Position numbers and translations under genes: made by a program
The notes under the pieces: model-generated
What the model saw: the letters and a program-made list of their open reading frames with translations, nothing else
Databases searched by the model: none
What the model was told of the DNA's origin: nothing
Source of the DNA: Mayamaea pseudoterrestris
Taxonomy: Eukaryota
DNA length: 64,000 nucleotides
Direction: 5' to 3'
Assembly: GCA_027923505.1 (NCBI GenBank)
Contig: BROI01000020.1
Span: forward strand, 248,001-312,000
Shown here: one piece after another, positions 56,656 to 64,000 of the stretch
How the letters are laid out: every line of letters begins with the position of its first letter
Numbering within the stretch: the stretch's first letter is position 1

Positions 56656-57763
56656 TTACACGCGCTTGTCAGTCAGCGCTTTGACAGCATAGCGAATCGT
56701 CTTGGCGGCACCGTAGCGATCAACATCACGCGCAACCTTTTGCACTCGCTCATCCGCAATCACAAACGTAGTCATGCTCCAACGAGTGTCTCCTAGAGCC
56801 TGGAGGGCATACCAATTGGCGACAAGGTGGCTTGTGTCAGGAAGAGACGGTCGCAGCCGTATTCGACAAGGCATCATCACGTACCGTATATGCGCGCATG
56901 AACTCCATCTTTTCGTCACTGTATACATTGACTTTGCTGAACTCCATTCCATCCTTTTTGAGCCAGCGACGGTTCTTTGCTGGACTGTCGGCATTGACAA
57001 TCACCAAGCGTTTCAAAATGTCTGCCGGAACCTCCGTCAACAATGACTTCACTGTTGCTCGAAGTTCGGGCGACTCTGGTCTAGGGTCACAAACAATAAC
57101 CAAGTAGTCGTCTCGGCGATGTGGGTTCTTGTGCTTCCATGGTATCAAATCAGCAGCCTTTGCAGCGTCTTCGGTTGTAATTGACACGAGCTCATCGAAG
57201 CAGTCCGTCGGAGCCGGGTCGCCTTCAAATATTCGCTCGACACCAGATACTAACATGAATGAGCGAATGTTAAACGTGTTAAAGTCTTGCAAATTGTCTA
57301 TCGCGACCAAACTAATTAACTTACTTTTGGCAATAATCTCCTCCTCTTCTTGTTGCTGGCTCAAATACCCATCCTTGGAGAAATCATTCAAGACAGAACC
57401 TCCTTGTGACCGTAGCAGCTGTTCAAAGCGCCGCCGATCATTCTGCTCCTTGATTTCCTCGGCGCTGAGTTTCAGCAAAGTTGCATCATTGCTGCTCGCT
57501 GAATCTGCAGCTCCACCGCTCAACTTTTCCTGCTTGGCTTTGGCTAGTTTGTCGCGAAGCTCGGCTTGCTTGCTGCGAGTCTTTGATTTCGCCATGGATA
57601 GACATGTTCGTGGCGAAGATATTCTGACTTGCGACCATTTGCACAAAAATGAACAATATCGGTGTGACGAGGATGTAAAGGAACCGGGCAATCGATACGA
57701 ATTGGTCCAAGCCAGAACATTATGTAATATTAGAAGAAGACTGACAAGTCTGGTGTACGTCAT
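56656..57763 (-). CDS. Signal-peptide protein with a putative thioredoxin/AhpC-like C-terminal fold
   Basis: Introns 57324-57250 and 56884-56800 give ...VNADSPAKNRRWLKK...VYSDEKMEFMRAYTALGDTRWSMTTFVI... Confidence 0.6.
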
Positions 57764-57942
57764 GCTGATGTTGATCCTATCTGTTGCTTTAAAGAAGGAA
57801 GAAAAACGGATGAGGGCATCGACGTCCCATGGCATGAATGGTGTGATGCGACGAATGTTGAACTCGTGATCTCATTGTCTGAACGGTACTAAGAGTAAAA
57901 CCGCAAGGACATTCTGGCTTTATTACCTTCCACAAAATCACC

Positions 57943-59061
57943 ATGGCGATCCGACTCTTTGCCCGCGGCTACTTGCTATGTATTCTTCTTGCAGTTCTTC
58001 TGCATCATTTCCCAAATCTTGGTTACACTGCCTTATGGGCAATTTCTCAATGGTTTCCGATCAAGAGCTTCCAAAGTCAATGGCAGCAAAGAGCGTGGAA
58101 GCATTGGGAAGAAAACACCAAAATATCGAATACAAACGCTTCCATTAGCACAGCGCTGAACTCAGTCGAAATTTCCGTCGTTGACGTTCAAAAACATCGA
58201 AATGATATACTTGTACATCTTGAAGAAACGTATGGTCCTGACTGGAGAAAGCGACCTTTACTTTTACGTGGACTTTGGACGCCAGCTCAGCTACGAAACA
58301 GCAGTCGCAAGCTTTCACTGAAAGGTCTCTTGCAGGAAGAGCTAGTCGTTCCGTACTTTAGTGATGCACGTCGCAAAGATGCATTGACTCCAGATCGAAC
58401 TGGCAGGATCAAAGACATTGTACGCAACATGACGGAGCACGGCACACCTCACAAACTGGGCACGCAACATCTTGTCCAAACGTATCCTGAGCTCATACGT
58501 GAAGTAGCTCCAAACGATATTGTAACAAAGCTATTTAGAGACTTTTTTGAGCCACAAATGGTCAAGGGATCTGGACCGTTTGGCATGTTTCCAGCCATGA
58601 CGACAGTACCACTATTTGTTGCACATAGTCAACATGGCGCAAAACAGTCAAAACCCAAGGATGAAAGCACTGTCCCATTTACCGGACTCCATTGCGAACC
58701 AATTGGCAACGTTGCTGTTCAACTGTCTGGACAAAAGCAATGGACCTTGGTGTCACCCGAGTATTCATATTTGGTGCGCCCGTCGCTTGCTCCCGATGGA
58801 CGCGCCTTTTTCGCGTCTCACGCCGATTTGAGTCATTGCAACACCGTGCCATTTTACTCAGCCACGACAAGGGCTGGAGACGCCATTTGGGTGCCGACTT
58901 GGACGTGGCATCGTGTGGACTATCTGCCATCCAAAGATATTGCCATTGGCGGATCACTGTTTCATTTTCGACCAAGAGACTTTGTCGCCAACAACCCTTT
59001 GTTTGCCGCAATGATTATTCCAGCTCTGGTGTTGGAGTTGTTCGGCTACAATACGCAATGA
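57943..59061 (+). CDS. JmjC/cupin-like 2OG-Fe(II) dioxygenase with hydrophobic N-terminus
   Basis: TGLHCEP...GQKQWTLV...GDAIWVPTWTWHRV (HxE...H). Confidence 0.8.
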   Translation: MAIRLFARGYLLCILLAVLLHHFPNLGYTALWAISQWFPIKSFQSQWQQRAWKHWEENTKISNTNASISTALNSVEISVVDVQKHRNDILVHLEETYGPDWRKRPLLLRGLWTPAQLRNSSRKLSLKGLLQEELVVPYFSDARRKDALTPDRTGRIKDIVRNMTEHGTPHKLGTQHLVQTYPELIREVAPNDIVTKLFRDFFEPQMVKGSGPFGMFPAMTTVPLFVAHSQHGAKQSKPKDESTVPFTGLHCEPIGNVAVQLSGQKQWTLVSPEYSYLVRPSLAPDGRAFFASHADLSHCNTVPFYSATTRAGDAIWVPTWTWHRVDYLPSKDIAIGGSLFHFRPRDFVANNPLFAAMIIPALVLELFGYNTQ

Positions 59062-59332
59062 TGAGGATTGTTTGCTGACGTTCTTCAGTGTCAGTAATGC
59101 GCGCGATAGTGCTGAGAGGCACTCAGCGACATGCGCCGTGTTTGTTTCCCAATGCTCGACTGCGTAACAACTAGACAAAAGGAGGCATTCAGTATGCTGG
59201 CTAGAGGTTGTGATGGTGGTTTGTAGAACTTGCTCTCCAAGTCGGGAAGCGACTTTTACTTTAACAAGGACGAGACTTACGATTTGAACCTCAAAATCTT
59301 ATATATATATATATATATATGTGACTATAAAC

Positions 59333-60244
59333 TTATCGAAACCAACTTCGTTCATTGCTTTGATCAGTTCGTCTGTCGAAACCAGAGTCAAGAGAGACAT
59401 ATGGTCGAGGAACGCCTGGTTCTGGAACATCAACAGGATTCTCTGGCGTGCCGCCATGCTCTCGCTCATAATCCATTCTCGTTCTACAATTGCTGACTAA
59501 ACGTAGCATGCTTTCAAGTTCAAGCGTGACTGGATCGCTTACAAGTGTTTGCACATTTGCATCCACTCCAGTTTCCTCTTCCGATCCAAGTTTCGATTCG
59601 AGTTTGTCAATGACTGCCGGACACATTGCGTAACAAAAGCGACTCTTGCCAGGCTGAAGGGGAAGTTCGCCAAGGTCACGCATAAATTGTTTTCGATCTG
59701 ATGCCAGTCGAGCAACGACGGAGCTGACGACGATGCTGAATCCTCCAACAATCATGAATTGTATTTGAGCCATGACATCGTCGGAAAGAACAGTCTCGAT
59801 CGTTAATGGTGGCGACTGATTCTGACTGATTGTACCCTTAGTCTTGAATTTACTTCCTTCAAATTCGTGAACGATTTGTTGCTCTTGCCTTTTTATTGGA
59901 GCAGTAATAGTCTTTAACGCGCGTCTCGATGCGTTCCACCGAAGCCCACCAAATAGGACGACAAAGGTCCCCAAACCGGCGAGAGCTCCAGCTGTCCAAT
60001 TGTGATAGGTGCGCACCCCAAAGACGCGAATTTCGGTCGCCGTCACGTCGGGTCGTCCCATGAGGAATTTGTTGTGTGAACGACGACGAGGACTATCGGA
60101 AGTGGAAGCGGCATTTGCATTTTGTTCGTCAGACGACGATGCAGCGGCCTGGAAGGCACGGCCTTGCTCCAATACAGTACGCAGCAGTTCACCGGCCAAG
60201 GAGAATTCGGCTTTCCGTCTACTTTCATCCAAGGAGGGCGCCAT
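59333..60244 (-). CDS. Hypothetical two-TM protein
   Basis: Long ORF with two hydrophobic segments; ATG at 60244. Confidence 0.65.
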   Translation of the reverse strand: MAPSLDESRRKAEFSLAGELLRTVLEQGRAFQAAASSSDEQNANAASTSDSPRRRSHNKFLMGRPDVTATEIRVFGVRTYHNWTAGALAGLGTFVVLFGGLRWNASRRALKTITAPIKRQEQQIVHEFEGSKFKTKGTISQNQSPPLTIETVLSDDVMAQIQFMIVGGFSIVVSSVVARLASDRKQFMRDLGELPLQPGKSRFCYAMCPAVIDKLESKLGSEEETGVDANVQTLVSDPVTLELESMLRLVSNCRTRMDYEREHGGTPENPVDVPEPGVPRPYVSLDSGFDRRTDQSNERSWFR

Positions 60245-60845
60245 GGCGCAGCGACAAGAGACTGTGAAGCTTGTCTGCGAAGTTTGTGATCCGCAAGGGG
60301 AGATGCACAAGATTTCGCGCTCGAGAAACGTCGTGATGTGTCGCTCCGGCTATGCCTCTCCGCCGACGAACGTGCGTGACTCAAAGGGAGTCATGGAGCG
60401 ATTCAGCTTCCGTTGAGATTTCAAAACATTGGCTTTGTCATTCGACGACGCTCTAATTAACTCTCCGAGCATCCGAGGATGCCTGCCCACGATACAAAAA
60501 AGTCATTCCAAAAGTATCAATTGCGTAAGTGCGCGAAGCCGGGGAATTTTTCATGAGTCGATCGAAGCCGAAACTGCGTCGAGCGTTATGTCTTGGACTC
60601 GCTAATTCACTTGAAGTGACCGAAACTGACAAAAACAGACTCGCTGGCGCGTGCGTTGGGCGGGTCTTGTGATCGAAGGAAGCGTCGACCATGACACATT
60701 ACTCGCCACGCTTGCGAAAGAAGCGATTGCAATAAGTGCAGCTCGACGACGACTGCAGTGCTGTACTTCCGCATTGGTAAATACGAAATTTGCAAACCTC
60801 CTTGCTGTTCTGATCGTGGAGCCAGTCTTTCGACGATTTTGAAGA

Positions 60846-61814
60846 ATGACAATGACTGCTTCAACATCCTCGTCCAGCACCAGCACGATGGACTCGGAGG
60901 AGGATGACAAGCAACACCAACAATGTCTGAACGAAGACTTGACTCATGTGCAAGCCATTGTCAGCATTATGATGCACCAAGAAGCGACAGAATATCGGCG
61001 AAGCGATTTTCTTTCGCAGCAGAACTCGCTATCGCACTTTTTGGATGCGGCTGGCAGTTGGCGATTGCGCATTGTGGAGTGGATGTATGGAGTCATTGAC
61101 CATTGCTCGCTGAAGCGAGACTGCGTTGCGCATGCAGCATACTATTTGGACCTGTGTACGGAGCGAGGTCTTGTGACGTCGCGCCAAGATTACCAGCTGG
61201 CAGCCATGTGTGCCTTGCTGATTTCCATCAAGATGGTGGACAGCACGATTGTGAAGCTACAATCCATGGTCACACTTGGCAGAGGGGTCTTTTCGGAACA
61301 AGATGTGATCATCATGGAGCGAAAAATGCTTGCCGCTTTGAATTGGCGAGTGCATCCTCCGACGCCAGTTTGCTTTTTGCGGCAGTTTCTTCGCTTGTTG
61401 CCGCCCAACGTTTCACCAATGACCCGCTTTGTCATTGCAGAAGTGACACGATTCATTGCCGAGATTTCGATATGTCTCTACAAGTTTGTCAACTTTCCTC
61501 CGTCAGTGATTGCATATGCTGGCATGCTCATTGCCATGGAGCGCATTGATGTGAATGCTTTGACGATGTGGCAGCGACATGAGATTTTTGCGAGCATGTT
61601 TCGCTACGCTGGCCTTGATCACTCATCACTGCAAGTGCTGGAAGCTATTCATCACTTGCGTCTATCAATTGAGAAGAATGTCTCGCTCAATGAGCTTATT
61701 GATTCTATTGATGCACAGTGCTGTCGCAATCATTCGGGCAAGCTACTCACATATAATGGCGTTGACTCCTGCATGAACTCGCCACGGGACGTGGCTGCCA
61801 TGCAGCAGCACTAA
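60846..61814 (+). CDS. Cyclin, diatom-specific (dsCYC) type
   Basis: WRLRIVEWMYGVIDH...YQLAAMCALLISIK...MERKMLAALNWRVHPPTP. Confidence 0.88.
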   Translation: MTMTASTSSSSTSTMDSEEDDKQHQQCLNEDLTHVQAIVSIMMHQEATEYRRSDFLSQQNSLSHFLDAAGSWRLRIVEWMYGVIDHCSLKRDCVAHAAYYLDLCTERGLVTSRQDYQLAAMCALLISIKMVDSTIVKLQSMVTLGRGVFSEQDVIIMERKMLAALNWRVHPPTPVCFLRQFLRLLPPNVSPMTRFVIAEVTRFIAEISICLYKFVNFPPSVIAYAGMLIAMERIDVNALTMWQRHEIFASMFRYAGLDHSSLQVLEAIHHLRLSIEKNVSLNELIDSIDAQCCRNHSGKLLTYNGVDSCMNSPRDVAAMQQH

Positions 61815-62201
61815 TGACCAAGCTTTCGAGCACTTGTACACTATTTCATCCATTTCCTACACATTTTCACATTGTCGTCTCGCATCATATACCGCGCGCG
61901 TCAATCAATTCGCCATGCACTCGCTCATATCTTGAGCCCAAGGCGAAGTCGATGAGCTATTATACTTTATGTTGCATAAATTGCTGATAGACTTAAACAT
62001 CCATATGAACTGATTATAAAACTACATTTAGTAACGCTATGTCTCTTGTACGTGTATTATTGTTTGTCCCGCATTGCAATTCTACATTGACACGCAGATA
62101 GTCTAATCTACGTTGACACACAGTCAGTTCTATAATGATTGAGTCTCTAAAACAACGATTATGTACACTTTCTATGGGAAGGTCAAACCACATCAACTTC
62201 G

Positions 62202-63833
62202 CTAGTACTCCATGTAGTATTGATTTTCGACAAGTACCCTGTCCTTGGAAACGGACGGCAATGTCACATTCGAAAGCTTGATTTCGTTAAAATTGCGCTC
62301 CTCATTGTATCCGGTATGTATCCAGTCCCATTCGGCATGAGTGCTGTTGAGAATGCGAAACATGCCGTAACCGTAAATGGTAGCATCACGAACAGCCACC
62401 CATGGTTCCGGCTCCTCGTTTAGAAAAGGAGCCTCGCACTTGCGACCGCCGGCGCCAATCGTCACATGCATTGGTCCTGTGGGATGCGGCTCGCCATGCT
62501 TGACCGTCTCGGTGCGCAAGTAGGCATGAATGTGACCCGACAAGACCATGTTGACTTGGTAGTCTACAAAGAGCGGCTCCAAATGCTCGCGTGCGGCAGC
62601 AATCTGTGGATCCTTCTGATGTAGCGAAAATGTATTGTAGAGAGGTGTATGAAGGACTACCAGAAGCCACGGCGTTACCGATCGATCAACGGACTGCAGC
62701 TCGCTTTCAATCCACTTGTATTGCGTAGAGTTGATGCTCATATCCGAGTAGGAGCTTATCATGATCATGCGAGCCGGACCGTACGTGTAGGCGTAGTACG
62801 CATTGCCCCACTCGTAGTCAAGTGGATACGGCGGACGATCCATGTTCAGTGGACCAAGTGGACCATCGTAAATACCAAGTTCCGCCGGCTTGACGCGCGG
62901 CATCCGAAACCGAGACTCATAGGCGAGAAAAATACCCGAATCATCGTCAACCTTGTCAATGTCGTGATTGCCAGGCACGATTTGCATGCCAAAGTGCTCT
63001 GCGATAGGATAGTCATCCAAAAAGTCAAAGAACGTATCCCATTGTCGCTGATCTCCATTCGAGTACGCCAAGTCACCCGCTAGAATGACAGTGTCGATTG
63101 ATTCACGAGCGCGAATCATGCCAGAAAGTGTTTCCTCCGAATGTGGAAACTGCCCCAGGTCTCCCATGAATGCAATATTCACCGATGGATGACCTGGCGG
63201 CGGGGCAGTCCTGAAGGAGCGAATCTTTTCAGGAGACGGACAGTCCCTTACTGATCCATCATACGGCGCTAAATTGCTTAGCATGCGATGCTGCTCGTGC
63301 TTCACTTCCTCCTCTCGTGATTGCTCCTCGATTCGATCAAGGGCCTCCTCCTTGGAGTACTGTGACATGGTCCCATTCTTGTTTGAATGCGAGCCCCGCA
63401 AGCCAAAGTCCTCTATCCGAGCATGTATTATCGGCTGATAGTAGTACCTTGTTCCAGGTTCAAGTCCACTAATCGAAACATGATGATAGTAAGGACTGTA
63501 GTAGCGCTTCCCGTAGTTTGCGCCAGTATCAACCTTGACACGATAGTGCGACGCCGGTTCCTGTTCCAGCACAACTCGATTCAGCTGCGATGGAGATGTT
63601 CCAATCAAGACTCCACCAATCGGAGCATCAAACTTAGATGGAATGGAAGCAAAGGAGACTGTCATCTCGGTTGCCGCGTCTGCTCCGACTGCCAAATGAA
63701 CATGCTTGGGCAAACCACCACATGTTCGAGGTCGAACGTCCCATGCTCGTGCCGAGTCATTTGTAGTAACGAGAGACAGCAGCAGTAGCTGTATTGGAAC
63801 TAGTCGTCCCATCGTGTTGCGAATCTTTGTCAT
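62202..63833 (-). CDS. Secreted purple acid phosphatase
   Basis: Signal peptide, FN3-like PAP_N, and motifs GDLG, GDLAY, GNHD, VLH and GHIHAY. Confidence 0.92.
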   Translation of the reverse strand: MTKIRNTMGRLVPIQLLLLSLVTTNDSARAWDVRPRTCGGLPKHVHLAVGADAATEMTVSFASIPSKFDAPIGGVLIGTSPSQLNRVVLEQEPASHYRVKVDTGANYGKRYYSPYYHHVSISGLEPGTRYYYQPIIHARIEDFGLRGSHSNKNGTMSQYSKEEALDRIEEQSREEEVKHEQHRMLSNLAPYDGSVRDCPSPEKIRSFRTAPPPGHPSVNIAFMGDLGQFPHSEETLSGMIRARESIDTVILAGDLAYSNGDQRQWDTFFDFLDDYPIAEHFGMQIVPGNHDIDKVDDDSGIFLAYESRFRMPRVKPAELGIYDGPLGPLNMDRPPYPLDYEWGNAYYAYTYGPARMIMISSYSDMSINSTQYKWIESELQSVDRSVTPWLLVVLHTPLYNTFSLHQKDPQIAAAREHLEPLFVDYQVNMVLSGHIHAYLRTETVKHGEPHPTGPMHVTIGAGGRKCEAPFLNEEPEPWVAVRDATIYGYGMFRILNSTHAEWDWIHTGYNEERNFNEIKLSNVTLPSVSKDRVLVENQYYMEY

Positions 63834-64000
63834 GCTCGTTTCGCTCTATCGTATGTTGATGGTTGTAGCTCGATCGAAGAGCGACGCGGTTTGTGAGCAA
63901 GCTGCGTTGGTTTTCGTTGCGAATCTGCCGCGCCGCACCGAAACTGACGCGCGCCCTCGCGGTCGCGAGCTAGCACGAGCTACCACGAGCTAGCGTTCGC

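Noticed and set aside
59301..59320. (AT)n microsatellite
   Set aside because: Ordinary simple repeat between convergent genes.
63816..63993. GTTGCGAATCT twice (PSR1-like) and a ~10-bp CGAGCTA triple repeat near the PAP start
   Set aside because: One copy is inside the CDS, the other is an imperfect match, and the region is cut by the window edge; too weak to call.

Overview
Eukaryotic, gene-dense genomic DNA with short (about 65-165 nt) GT-AG introns. It is most likely a diatom (inferred from a diatom-type cyclin, DUF6824-like domains, bipartite plastid-targeting presequences and PhoX/PAP genes). From about 11.2 kb to 64 kb it carries roughly 24 ordinary host genes: two FG-rich tandem paralogs, ASCC3/Slh1 helicase, CYP710-like P450, SBDS, PP5-like phosphatase, MSI1, FIP1, SppA, Ubc6-like E2, HEAT protein, CW-finger protein, FtsH-like AAA, Pkr1-like protein, two bZIPs, SET, PhoX, JmjC, cyclin and purple acid phosphatase. 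It also holds an intact 831-bp PIF/Harbinger-type MITE (50-bp perfect TIRs, TTA TSD). The first ~11 kb is a distinct island of mostly unrecognisable genes. It contains a long ORF with a SAM-like N-terminus that runs off the window edge, an 845-aa three-exon ORFan, a divergent MazG/DCTPP1-like pyrophosphatase, a frameshifted RING gene and a degenerate ~870-bp tandem triplication. Two units of the triplication carry a perfect hairpin followed by CTAG. The island is a candidate end of a large mobile or virus-like element. The other standout is a probable single-nucleotide exon (position 16453) in ASCC3. All family assignments come from motif recognition by eye; no database searches were run.
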